Source of the DNA: a virus
Lineage: Duplodnaviria; Heunggongvirae; Uroviricota; Caudoviricetes
Strand: one strand, 5' to 3'
IMG/VR virus record: IMGVR_UViG_3300013902_000001
Span: 148,000-172,250 of that record
Length of the DNA: 24,251 bases
In this document: positions 8,475 through 18,006 of the stretch, in pieces
Numbering within the stretch: position 1 is the first letter of the stretch
How the letters are laid out: each line of letters starts with the position of its first letter
Notes under the pieces: generated by a model
What the model was told of the DNA's origin: nothing
The model's input: the letters and a program-made list of their open reading frames with translations, nothing else
The model's database searches: none
Program-made: the position numbers and the translations under genes

Positions 8475-9380
8475 ATGTTATTAAAAGACGAAGAAACTAA
8501 TGAAACTATAATTATTCCCGATAATTCTTTTCCAGAAGAATTATATTCTACCTGGTTATCTTATGGGGATGAGTATAGTCCTGCTACCGATTTAAAGGTT
8601 GAAAAGAAACTTCCTGCTGGAGTCTATAAAATGATTAGCACTTCTGATGGTTATAGAGCAGTAAAAACTAAGATCGATTCCGATGAATTATATGTATTTT
8701 CTGAAAGCTATACTAAAAAGATAGTTGATGAAATTCAAGATTTCTGGGATAGAGCTGATATTTATACTAAAAATCACATCACACACAAGCGCGGACTATT
8801 AATAGAAGGGAGTCCTGGAAGTGGGAAAAGTGCCACCATAACACTTTTAATAGATCAATTATTAAAAAGAGATGGTCTGGTATTTTTAGTAAATAGTGCT
8901 GAAGACTTTCATATTTTAATGAATACTATTAAGCCGATAATTCGTAAAATTGAACCTGATAGACCTATAATTACTATTATAGAAGATGTGGATCAATTGA
9001 TTGATTCTATGGATACTGAAAGTTTTCTTCTGGATTTCATGGATGGAAAAACTTCTATTGATCATCATCTTATTATATGCACTTCTAATGACACTTCTAA
9101 TCTTTCTCCAGCACTTCTTAGACCTAGTCGTATAGATATGCGATTTGAACTTCCTAATCCTAATAAAAAGATTCGAAAAGAATATTTTGAAAAGAAAGGA
9201 ATTAAGGACGCAGAATTATTTGCTGAAAAGACTCATAAAATGTCTTTTGCAGAATTAAAAGAAGTTTTCATAGGAACTCAAATTTTAGGAAAAGATCTTG
9301 ACTCGGTGATAACTCAAATAACTAACCCATTAAAAGCAAAAAGTTATTTATCACCTACTAAAACAAAAATAGGACTTTAA
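8475..9380 (+). CDS. Classical AAA+ ATPase (BCS1/FtsH-like AAA domain)
   Basis: Walker A GSPGSGKS, Walker B IIEDVD, sensor TSN, arginine finger ALLRPSRID. Confidence 0.85.
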   Translation: MLLKDEETNETIIIPDNSFPEELYSTWLSYGDEYSPATDLKVEKKLPAGVYKMISTSDGYRAVKTKIDSDELYVFSESYTKKIVDEIQDFWDRADIYTKNHITHKRGLLIEGSPGSGKSATITLLIDQLLKRDGLVFLVNSAEDFHILMNTIKPIIRKIEPDRPIITIIEDVDQLIDSMDTESFLLDFMDGKTSIDHHLIICTSNDTSNLSPALLRPSRIDMRFELPNPNKKIRKEYFEKKGIKDAELFAEKTHKMSFAELKEVFIGTQILGKDLDSVITQITNPLKAKSYLSPTKTKIGL

Positions 9381-10015
9381 TGGCTACATTAAAAATGATA
9401 GAGTGTCGAGGGTTTAGTAAATCTGAAGCCTTTAAGGATCTAAATTTTAATCCAGATTCTCCTTTGATTAAAGGAAGTAATGCTACTCAAGCCTGGATTA
9501 ATTATGGAAAACCTATTCCTGGAACTAGAGATTTTAAGATTTTTGCTATTCAACAATTGTCTGATAAAACTCGAAATCAACCAGGTTACGGTTTACACAT
9601 AGTATTAGATTCTCCGGTAACAGATTGTCGAAAACGACCTTACACTATAATAAATAATAAAACCACTGCTACTAGAGAGTGGAAATTTGTTTATCTTATT
9701 AGGGAAGATGAATTAATCCTTAATAATTTAACTACAAAAGATATTAATGACTTCGGAGAAGAAATAGAGACTACTGACGTCGATGTTAATATAGTAAAAA
9801 TGGGTAATATCGTGGATCAATGTGAATCTAAAGCAGAAGCTTTGTCTAGAATGAAAGAACTTACTGCTACTAATCACAAAGATTATACTGCACTAGCAGT
9901 AAAAGTTCCTGATATTAATCCAGTTGCAGCATATAGTATTTATACTCCAGGAAAGAAGACACAAGAGGGAAGATTTTTTGTATTTGGGTATGATCAAGAC
10001 GTTGAATTGAAATGA
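9380..10015 (+). CDS. Hypothetical protein
   Basis: 211-aa ORF with TAATG and ATGA overlaps. Confidence 0.7.
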   Translation: MATLKMIECRGFSKSEAFKDLNFNPDSPLIKGSNATQAWINYGKPIPGTRDFKIFAIQQLSDKTRNQPGYGLHIVLDSPVTDCRKRPYTIINNKTTATREWKFVYLIREDELILNNLTTKDINDFGEEIETTDVDVNIVKMGNIVDQCESKAEALSRMKELTATNHKDYTALAVKVPDINPVAAYSIYTPGKKTQEGRFFVFGYDQDVELK

Positions 10016-10770
10016 CGGAAGAGTTAAATAATATTCTCGAAGGAAAAACTACATTAATTAAAAATAAACAGTATCTTTCTGCCAGAGCTTATATCGAACC
10101 ATTCATTAAAAGAATGGATGAATTTAAAGCTACTTATAATTGTCAAGTAAAAACTCCCGACCAGCTTTCCGTTACTGAAGGAAAACCTGATTTGGTTTAT
10201 AATCGAGTTCATATTCAGGCTATTTTGCCAGAAACTTATTATAATAAGTTTGGATGCAGAAAAGTTGTTGGTATGATTTATGGATTGGATGTAAAAACAC
10301 CTATTGTTAAGTTTTATATAGGAAATATAGACAAAAATGGAAATTTAATTACATTTGATCCTAATGCTATGATAATTCAAAAACTAGAAAGTGCTACTCC
10401 TATAGATTTTTCTGGTATTAAAGGTTTAATGGAATTAACTGATAGCAGTGAAGTTATGCTTAAACAGCTACAGGAAACTTTTGTTGATCGAGATAAATTT
10501 ATGGGAATGTTAGGTGAGTGGATTGATATAGCTCTCGAAAAAGCAATTATAAATGATGGTGGAAAAGTTAAGTTAGCTACTTCCCTTCCAGTGGATGTTT
10601 ATAAATCTATATTAAAGGATAAAGATTCTGGGTATTATATTTCGGAAACTGAACAAATTTCTATGTTAGATTTATATAAAACTTTCGCTAGTAAGATTAG
10701 GGAAGATGATAAAGATATTATTAATCGATTTGAAAAAACTCTTTTAATCAATAAAGTATTAAAAATATGA
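10012..10770 (+). CDS. Hypothetical protein, possibly DUF932-like
   Basis: 252-aa ORF. The family guess rests only on weak resemblance (GMIYGLDVKTPIVKFYIG) and context. Confidence 0.5.
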   Translation: MTEELNNILEGKTTLIKNKQYLSARAYIEPFIKRMDEFKATYNCQVKTPDQLSVTEGKPDLVYNRVHIQAILPETYYNKFGCRKVVGMIYGLDVKTPIVKFYIGNIDKNGNLITFDPNAMIIQKLESATPIDFSGIKGLMELTDSSEVMLKQLQETFVDRDKFMGMLGEWIDIALEKAIINDGGKVKLATSLPVDVYKSILKDKDSGYYISETEQISMLDLYKTFASKIREDDKDIINRFEKTLLINKVLKI

Positions 10771-11252
10771 AAAAGGTAACAGTTCCGATTGTTAATCGAA
10801 GCACTAACGATTATCCTGCTTATGCTCATCCAGGTGATGCTGGTATGGATCTTAGGGCTGATTTCACTAGTCCAGATTCTATTTTGGGAGACAAGTGTGA
10901 ATGGGATGAAGTTCGTAGGAAATTTATCATCTTTCCTGGAGGACGTGCTGCTATTCCAACTGGTATTAAAGTAGCATTGCTGGAAGGATATGAATTACAG
11001 ATTAGAGGCCGGTCTGGTTTGGCAATTAAGTCTGGAATTTATGGTCATGTAGGTACACTAGATGCAGGATATCGAGGAGAAGTTTGCGCTATTTTATTTA
11101 ATCTCTCTAACGAACCTTTTGAGATTTCTCAAGGCGATCGAATTGCGCAAGCTGTACTTGGAAAGTTTGAACCTATTAGCTGGAAACCGGTAGATAGTTT
11201 GGAAGATTCAGATCGAGGTGAAAACGGATTTGGATCAACAGGTAATGAGTAA
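10767..11252 (+). CDS. dut: Trimeric dUTPase
   Basis: All five motifs present: AGMDL, RSGLA, GTLDAGYRGE, GDRIAQ, RGENGFGSTG. Confidence 0.95.
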   Translation: MKKVTVPIVNRSTNDYPAYAHPGDAGMDLRADFTSPDSILGDKCEWDEVRRKFIIFPGGRAAIPTGIKVALLEGYELQIRGRSGLAIKSGIYGHVGTLDAGYRGEVCAILFNLSNEPFEISQGDRIAQAVLGKFEPISWKPVDSLEDSDRGENGFGSTGNE

Positions 11253-11287
11253 AACTAAAGATTGGTTAATTAAAAGGTTATTTAACA

Positions 11288-11485
11288 ATGACTTACCAAG
11301 TTCAATTTGCTATTATTCACCAGCCCTCATGCAAGGCGGAAATAGTTACGCAACAGATAACCACTGAAATTCTCGGACCGACTTATGAAGATCTGGTCGG
11401 GGAGTTTTTTAGGCAGTGGGATAAAGAAGATAAATATTCTGGTGATTACATAATAGGAGTTATCTCCATGAAATATGATAATTAA
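11288..11485 (+). CDS. Small hypothetical protein
   Basis: 65-aa ORF filling the gap and overlapping the ligase start. Confidence 0.55.
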   Translation: MTYQVQFAIIHQPSCKAEIVTQQITTEILGPTYEDLVGEFFRQWDKEDKYSGDYIIGVISMKYDN

Positions 11486-12668
11486 AGAAGAATATTTAGT
11501 TAAAACTAATAATAAGAATCGAGTGCAGCAGGTTTTGCTGCAACTCGATTTCGATCAAAAAAAGTATGATATTCTCCGAACTACCAGTCAATATGGTGGA
11601 AAAGAAAGACTTCAGCCTATAATTACAATTACTGAGGGTAAAGTCAATAGGACTGTTGCTGAACAGGCAAATCTTCAGTATGTAAGTGTTCTGAAGGATT
11701 ATATGGATGGTGGTTACAAACGATTGAGTACACTAACTTCCATTCCGTATAAAAATCTAAGTGAGGAAGATATTAAAGGATTATTGGGAACTTCTTTTAA
11801 TACTGATCAAAAAGGAATTCCTAAGCCTATGCTGGCTAAAAGCTCAAATGACCTTTCCACTTCTATTTTTGAAAAGGAATGGTATACTTCGAGAAAAATT
11901 GATGGTGTAAGAGCTTTAATGTACTATAAGGATGGAAAAATCCTCACAAGTTCGAGAGGAGGGCTCGATTATAATGCTTCTACTATTCATATTACTCAAA
12001 ATCCCACCCTATTGCAAATATTCGAGGAAAATCCAGATCTTATTTTGGATGGAGAATTATATCATTTCGGTTGGCCATTACAAAAGATTTCTGGTTTGTG
12101 TCGGCTGAAAGAATTTACTGAAGAATGTAAGGGATTGGAATATTGGGTTTATGATTATGTAAATGATAAACCTTTTAAAGAAAGGTATGAATTCTTAATG
12201 GAACTTCAGCAAAAGTTTACTGATTCAGATCCTATTAAAGTGATTGATCATTATAAGCTTTCAGGTTGGTTGACTATTAAGAAGAAGCATGATGAATTTG
12301 TAAAAGAAGGTTTTGAAGGTTTGTGCGCTCGTAATCCTAATAAAGAGTATGGTATCGGAAAGCGATCGGGAGTTTATCTGGTAAAGCTCAAAGAATATCA
12401 GGATGCCGAATTTGAAATTATTGGTGTAAGAGAAGGTCTTCGAGATGAAGATATGTGTTTTGTTCTTAAAACCAGTAAAGGAAAAGAATTTGCTGCAAAA
12501 CCTGCTTGTGATACTGCTACTAGACTCGAATATTTGAAAAATAAAGATAAATATATTGGACAAATGGCTACTTGTAAATTCTTTTATTATTCGGAAGATG
12601 GAGTTCCATTGCAACCAGTATTTAAATTTGTAAGATATAAAGAAGACATTGATAAGAAAAATGACTGA
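11475..12668 (+). CDS. lig: ATP-dependent DNA ligase with a WGR-like N-terminal domain
   Basis: Motif I KIDGVR, motif III LDGELY, IIIa YWVYD, IV EGL, V KLK, and OB-domain PLQPVF. N-terminus TSQYGGK. Confidence 0.92.
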   Translation: MIIKEEYLVKTNNKNRVQQVLLQLDFDQKKYDILRTTSQYGGKERLQPIITITEGKVNRTVAEQANLQYVSVLKDYMDGGYKRLSTLTSIPYKNLSEEDIKGLLGTSFNTDQKGIPKPMLAKSSNDLSTSIFEKEWYTSRKIDGVRALMYYKDGKILTSSRGGLDYNASTIHITQNPTLLQIFEENPDLILDGELYHFGWPLQKISGLCRLKEFTEECKGLEYWVYDYVNDKPFKERYEFLMELQQKFTDSDPIKVIDHYKLSGWLTIKKKHDEFVKEGFEGLCARNPNKEYGIGKRSGVYLVKLKEYQDAEFEIIGVREGLRDEDMCFVLKTSKGKEFAAKPACDTATRLEYLKNKDKYIGQMATCKFFYYSEDGVPLQPVFKFVRYKEDIDKKND

Positions 12669-13017
12669 ACAACATATTAAAAATTTTCTGGAAAATCTTA
12701 GATTGGGAATTTATGATCCGGATCATTATCAGATCATAGCTTCATATTTTAAAAACGAGGATAGATACTATGCCAGTATTACTGTAATTGATAATACTAC
12801 AGATTTGAAAATGTATATAGGGGTTTCTGAAGATCCCAAATCTATTTATTATAGCACAGGAAAAAAGCAAACTGAAGAATATAGTGAGCAAAATGAAGAG
12901 AAAATAATTAGTGATGAATTATATGATTCAGTATTGTCCTATGCTTATGAGAAATCTAAATCAGATATAATATTGAGAGATTATCAATGTATTGATGCTT
13001 TTAAATTATCGGAATGA
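12649..13017 (+). CDS. Hypothetical protein
   Basis: 122-aa ORF overlapping both the ligase and nrdD. Confidence 0.6.
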   Translation: MIRKMTEQHIKNFLENLRLGIYDPDHYQIIASYFKNEDRYYASITVIDNTTDLKMYIGVSEDPKSIYYSTGKKQTEEYSEQNEEKIISDELYDSVLSYAYEKSKSDIILRDYQCIDAFKLSE

Positions 13018-14699
13018 AAGTAATTAAAAGAACTGGAGAAATTGTTGAGTTTGATTTTTCTAAAATAGAAACAGCTATTGCTAAAGCAGCTAAAAGCTGT
13101 GGAAAAGAAGTCACTGAGGGTGTTCATGAGGAAGATTTTCAATTTGATCAGAATCCCATTCCAGTTGAGTTAATTCAAGACGCTGTTGAAAAATGGCTAA
13201 TGAAAACAGAGCATTATGAAATTGCTCGAGAGTATATTCTTTATAGGGAAAAACATAAGGTTTTACGAGATTTTGTTAAATCTAAAATTGATTTTATTGA
13301 AAAATATAAATCTTCTAGTAATACAGCTAATGCTACTGTTGATGATAATTCAAATGTGGGAAGTAAGAATATAGGAGTATTAAATGCAGAAATCCATAAA
13401 CCAGATAATATACAAATCTCAAGAGGAATGGTAATGCACAAACTTAAGGATCTTTATCCTGAGTTTGATTCCAAACAGTATGTTCGAGACTTAGATTCCC
13501 ATATCATTTACAAGCACGATGAAAGTTCTTTTTCTGGAGCAATCGCTCCTTATTGCTGTAGTATTACTATGTATCCTTTTCTTAACGAAGGTATTAAAAC
13601 TATCGGCGGATTATCAGCTAAACCAAAAAATCTAGATAGTTTTTGTGGAATGTACGTAAATCTTATATTTGCAATAGCTGCTCAGTTTGCAGGAGCCGTG
13701 GCAACTTCCGAGTTTTTGTTATATTTTACTTATTTTGCTAAGAAAGAGTGGGGAGAGGATTTCTGGCAAAATCCCGATGTTGTAATTACGCAAAATACCG
13801 AACGTGAGAAAACCATTAGAAAGCAAATTCATCAATATTGGCAACAAGTAATTTATAGCATAAACCAACCTGCTGCTGCAAGAGGTTTGCAAAGTGCATT
13901 TGTAAATTTCTCATATTTTGATAAGCCTTTCTTTGAAGGTATGTTCGGTGATTTTGTATTTCCTGACGGAAGTAAACCAGACTGGGAATCATTACAATGG
14001 ATCCAGAAAGAGTTTATGATATGGTTTAACCAAGAACGTCTGAAAACAATTTTGACTTTTCCAGTGGAATCTTTTGCTTTAGTGTATCAAAATGGACAAT
14101 TTCTAGACCAAGAAAGTGCTGATTTTGTCGCTGAAGAATATGCTCGTGGACACTCATTTTTTACTTATATTAGCGATACTGTTGACTCATTATCAAGTTG
14201 TTGTCGATTGAGAAATATGGTTACAACCAAAGAGTTTAATTTCACTAATGGTAATATGGGAGTTCAAACTGGTAGTAAATCTGTTATTACCTTAAATCTA
14301 AATAGAATTGTCCAAGATTGGTTTAAAACTTATCCTTATAATAAATACAAACAAGAAGGACTAACTATAGTTTTTTATCAGGATTTACAGGAATATCTTA
14401 ATCAAATATTGATCCGTGTTTATAAATATCATACAGCTTATAACGAGTTATTGTGGGATATGTATGATGCAAATCTTCTTCCTGTTTATAAAGCTGGATT
14501 TATAGATCTTAACAAACAATATTTGACTATAGGTATTAACGGTTTGAATGAAGCTGCAGAATTTCTGGGAATAAAATGTTCTGATAATACAGAATATGCT
14601 ACTTTTTGCCAAGAAATCTTTTCTTGTATTAAAGAAGCAAATAAATCCCATGCCATTACAAAAGGACATAAAATCACTTACAATACAGAATTAGTCCCT
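13014..14699 (+). CDS. nrdD: Anaerobic (class III) ribonucleotide reductase, exon 1, with N-terminal ATP cone
   Basis: ATP cone MKVIKRTG..FDFSKI, IYKHD, PYCC, SSCCRL, TIGINGLNEA, YNTELVP. 562 codons joining AES in exon 2. Confidence 0.93.
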
Positions 14700-14937
14700 A
14701 AACTCAGTGGGGACTTTAAATCTCTATTAATTGACTCGAAACTCCCTATGGGACAACGAGGCGCAAGCAGGAATTTCCGTGCAGCGTGAGAGACTAAATA
14801 TAGAGACTAATATATTTATATTAGATGCAATAGTCCGAACTCTATGGAAACATAGAGAGTGTTTATGAAAATAAACACCGTTTAAAACATATTTTTCACA
14901 TCTATCGTTTTTAGTTTTTTAATTCAGAATTAATGAT

Positions 14938-14945
14938 TACTTTTG
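14938..14945 (+). promoter_or_regulatory. Possible Bacteroidota -7 promoter element for the intron HNH gene
   Basis: TACTTTTG matches TAnnTTTG, 29 nt upstream of ATG 14974. No clean TTTG -33 box, so weak. Confidence 0.35.
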
Positions 14946-14973
14946 ATGAATCATTATATATAAAAATAATAAT

Positions 14974-15837
14974 ATGCCTGGAAAAACGATAAAAGAACCT
15001 TGTTGTATTTGCAGAGCAACAAAGGAGGATGGAGTGAAATTAGGTCGCTATGATAATAAAGTTTATTGTCTACGACACTTAGATCAAGTTAGAAATCATG
15101 GAAAGATCATTTCGGTTTACCGTCTACGTGGATTTTTAACCACATGTTGTATATGTGGGCAACCTGCTAGATCTACAAAAGACAGTAAAGAATATTGTCA
15201 AAAACATTATATGCAAATGTATCACCATGGTGAGATTTTACCAAATACTATTTTTGAATCTAATCGGTATGAAGACCATCCCGATGAAGGTTACACTATC
15301 TGTTTTACTAAAGATAAAAACTTTAATGAAAATGGACAAGTTTTGATTGACTTAGATAAAAAAGAACTTGTTCATCAGCACAAAGTTTATTTAAAAAGAC
15401 ATGGAGATAAATTATATGCAACTATTTCCATAGAAGGAAAGAAATATAATTTGCATCGTTTCTTATTAAATATACACGAAGAAAAATATACAATTGATAG
15501 AGTAGTGGATCATATAAACGGAAATTCATTAGATAATCGATTATCAAATTTGAGAATTTGTTCTCATAAAGATAATATGAAAAATATTAGAAAAAAATCT
15601 TCAATTGTAGGAGTAGGCTGGATTAAAGCTAATAAAAAATGGACTGCTAGAATTATGAGTAATTATAAAAATATACATATAGGTAACTATGATACTTATG
15701 AGGAAGCAGTATTAGCACGAATAGAAAAAGAAAAAGAGTTGTTTGGAGAATTTGGCCCTAATAAAGATTTATTTTATGTTTTAAATCTCTCGTCACCAAT
15801 AGACGAACTTAAAGAAGTTCTATCTGACGAGGCGTAA
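14974..15837 (+). CDS. Intron-encoded HNH homing endonuclease with AP2-like C-terminal domain
   Basis: VDHINGNSLDNRLSNLRICSHKDN (HNH). GVGW...KWTARI...IGNYDTYEEAVLAR (AP2-like). Two N-terminal CCIC...C-x-x-H repeats. No internal TAG. Confidence 0.92.
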   Translation: MPGKTIKEPCCICRATKEDGVKLGRYDNKVYCLRHLDQVRNHGKIISVYRLRGFLTTCCICGQPARSTKDSKEYCQKHYMQMYHHGEILPNTIFESNRYEDHPDEGYTICFTKDKNFNENGQVLIDLDKKELVHQHKVYLKRHGDKLYATISIEGKKYNLHRFLLNIHEEKYTIDRVVDHINGNSLDNRLSNLRICSHKDNMKNIRKKSSIVGVGWIKANKKWTARIMSNYKNIHIGNYDTYEEAVLARIEKEKELFGEFGPNKDLFYVLNLSSPIDELKEVLSDEA

Positions 15838-15845
15838 CAGAATTG

Positions 15846-16319
15846 GCTGAAAGTTTATCCATAAAAAATTATAATTGGGATAAGGCTGACGGTTACGTGG
15901 TTCCCCAGAAAAGGAATTTATATGCTTCTTATATTTTTATTCCTAGTGATGAATCCATTTCTGTTTTAGAGAAAATACGACTTCATGGACAAAATTATAT
16001 CGGAGAATTTTTAGATGGAGGCTCGGCATGTCACATAGGCTTAAAAGAGCATCTATCTACAGAGCAGTATAAGAAAATATTAAAATATGCAGCTGATAAT
16101 AAATGTCAGTATTTTACTTTTAATATTCCTAATTGCGAATGTGATGATTGTGGATTTATTGCCAAACAACCTTTCGATAAATGTCCTAAGTGTGGATCTA
16201 CTAAAGTATCCCTATATGATCGTGTAATTGGATTTATGACAAAAATTAAAAATTGGTCCGAAGGAAGACAAATTGAGCAAAAAACACGAGTATATTCTGA
16301 TGGTAATAAAGAAATATGA
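15846..16319 (+). CDS. nrdD: Class III RNR exon 2 (spliced product ~719 aa)
   Basis: AESLS, LDGGS, Zn site CECDDC...CPKC, glycyl-radical loop RVIGF. Confidence 0.93.
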   Translation, partial: AESLSIKNYNWDKADGYVVPQKRNLYASYIFIPSDESISVLEKIRLHGQNYIGEFLDGGSACHIGLKEHLSTEQYKKILKYAADNKCQYFTFNIPNCECDDCGFIAKQPFDKCPKCGSTKVSLYDRVIGFMTKIKNWSEGRQIEQKTRVYSDGNKEI

Positions 16320-16519
16320 TTACGATATTAAGAAAAGAAGGTTGGAAGCTTAATGATAGTGACAAAATAGTTAACGCTATCTTAAAACGAGTTGAAAAGT
16401 GTAATGGAGAATGTCCATGTGATAATCCTGGAGAAACTTATGAAGATCGGATGTGTCCTTGTAAAGAATATCGTGAAAATGATATTTGCCACTGTCAACT
16501 ATATGTGAAAAATGCTTAA
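16316..16519 (+). CDS. Ferredoxin-thioredoxin reductase catalytic (beta) subunit-like small Fe-S protein
   Basis: CPC-x11-CPC-x8-CHC, the Cys pattern of FTR catalytic chains; translationally coupled to nrdD and nrdG. Confidence 0.75.
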   Translation: MITILRKEGWKLNDSDKIVNAILKRVEKCNGECPCDNPGETYEDRMCPCKEYRENDICHCQLYVKNA

Positions 16520-16997
16520 GTTTACTGATTATATGGTAACCTTTCGAGAAGTTCCTGATGAAATTTCTCTCTGTATAAATATTTCAAATTGTCCTAATAG
16601 GTGTTTAGGGTGTCATTCTAAGGAACTTTGGGAAGATATAGGTGAAGAACTAACCGATGAAAAGTTATGCTCTCTAATCGAAAGAAATGAGGGCATAACT
16701 TGTATTTGTTTTATGGGAGGAGATTCTGATCCTAAAAGAGTGGAGGAATTATGTAAGCTGGTAAAAACTAAGTATCCATTTCTTTTAACTTGTTGGTATT
16801 CTGGTAAAAAAGAAAATTCTATAGACTTGAGTTGTCTTGATTATCTCAAATTAGGCCCATATATAGAACAACTTGGTGGATTAGATTGTCCTACGACCAA
16901 TCAACGATTTTATGAAATAGAACTTAGCAGATCGACAGATACTAACTATAACCCTGAATATGGGTTAATTGATATTACTGATAAATTTTGGAAATGA
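16512..16997 (+). CDS. nrdG: Anaerobic RNR activase (radical SAM)
   Basis: CxxxCxxC (CPNRCLGC), FMGGD, YLKLGPY...TTNQR, in the nrdD operon. Confidence 0.93.
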   Translation: MLKFTDYMVTFREVPDEISLCINISNCPNRCLGCHSKELWEDIGEELTDEKLCSLIERNEGITCICFMGGDSDPKRVEELCKLVKTKYPFLLTCWYSGKKENSIDLSCLDYLKLGPYIEQLGGLDCPTTNQRFYEIELSRSTDTNYNPEYGLIDITDKFWK

Positions 16998-17305
16998 AAA
17001 TCAACCTAGAAAACCGTAAATGTCTAACTATATAGACTCGTTTGAGTAAAGTAGTTAAATATAAAGCTATGTTTAGAAGCACTCACTCTGCTTCTAGATA
17101 TATCAGATGTAGTAAGATGCTAATTCGTATTTCTGACCACGACAAAAAGAACTGGGAAAACAGAAATCGGATTAGCATTTTATTATATAAGGATATTATT
17201 AATATCCAGTGTTGGGTAGATAATAAGATGATCAAAAATATAGATTGTAGTTACTCTGGAAATTATTTAGAAGTTAGAGTAATGGATATGATAAAAATGT
17301 TTTAA
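16994..17305 (+). CDS. Hypothetical RISDH-motif protein; likely starts at ATG 16994 and reads through TAG 17033-17035
   Basis: ATG 16994 overlaps the nrdG TGA and is in frame with the listed TTG-start ORF 17042..17305. The only interruption is one TAG. Confidence 0.65.
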
Positions 17306-17306
17306 T

Positions 17307-17666
17307 ATGTTAAAAGGAACTGAAAAGAAAGTAAAATATTGGGTTGCCACCCGTGAAAAAATAGATCAAAAAGTTAAGAAATTAACTATTCAAGCGGATC
17401 AATTGGAAGAAAAATGTCAAGCAGAAATTGAAAAGCAAGCCAGTCGATTTATCAAGAAAGCAAAACATACTGATTTACTTTTAAATGAACCTATTCGACT
17501 TGATGAGAAAGAATTCACTCACATTGAGTTTAAAACTGAATCCGGATTTACAGAAGCTGTTTTGTTTTATATTGACGAAAACGATGAAAAACAATATGCT
17601 TATGTGGCAGCTTCCATAGTAGTTCTGCCTATAATAGAGATAGTAAAAGAATTGTATGGGGAGTAA
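17307..17666 (+). CDS. Hypothetical protein (N-terminal coiled coil)
   Basis: 119-aa ORF, tightly packed. Confidence 0.65.
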   Translation: MLKGTEKKVKYWVATREKIDQKVKKLTIQADQLEEKCQAEIEKQASRFIKKAKHTDLLLNEPIRLDEKEFTHIEFKTESGFTEAVLFYIDENDEKQYAYVAASIVVLPIIEIVKELYGE

Positions 17667-18006
17667 TCTTAAACAGTTTGACTTATATAAAAGGGAATCT
17701 ATATTAAAAGGTAATACTCCACAACAGCTCAATAAAAAAATCTGGGTCGATCTGAAAACAGGTATATGCCAATCTTCAGATCGCACTACGGATTTATCAC
17801 AGGTAAACTGGATTAAATTTAATAAATTTAAGTGGAGAAATAGATTTAGAATATTAACTCCCATTACTTTGTCAAATTCTACTCACTATTATATAAAACT
17901 TAATTTAATCGATATAATATATGAATTTGTAATAGAAAATATGACTGAGATAATGGCTTGGATAGGAGGTATATTATCTATTATCTTAACAATAATTCAA
18001 TTATGA
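17656..18006 (+). CDS. Hypothetical protein with C-terminal transmembrane helix
   Basis: Ends IMAWIGGILSIILTIIQL; overlaps both neighbours. Confidence 0.6.
   Translation: MGSNLKQFDLYKRESILKGNTPQQLNKKIWVDLKTGICQSSDRTTDLSQVNWIKFNKFKWRNRFRILTPITLSNSTHYYIKLNLIDIIYEFVIENMTEIMAWIGGILSIILTIIQL

Larger units (their letters stand above)
14700..15845 (+). mobile_element. Group I intron in nrdD with an HNH endonuclease in the P9 region
   Basis: P1 AGTCCCT|...GGGGACT (14709-14715) with U-G wobble. P10 TCAGT/GCTGA. P3 TCTCTAT/ATAGAGA. R GAGAGACTA and S ATAGTCC. P8 CTAATATA/TATATTAG. GAAA-capped P9 hairpins. Terminal G at 15845. Removal restores YNTELVP|AESLS. Confidence 0.93.

Noticed and set aside
14700-14789. 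C-terminal 29 aa of ORF 13014..14789 and TTG start at 15843
   Set aside because: These are intron P1-P6 sequence and the intron's last three bases; nrdD is one spliced gene, not two.
16221-16238. Glycyl-radical loop RVIGFM instead of R-x-x-GY
   Set aside because: The radical Gly is retained and Tyr to Phe is conservative; not enough to claim altered chemistry.
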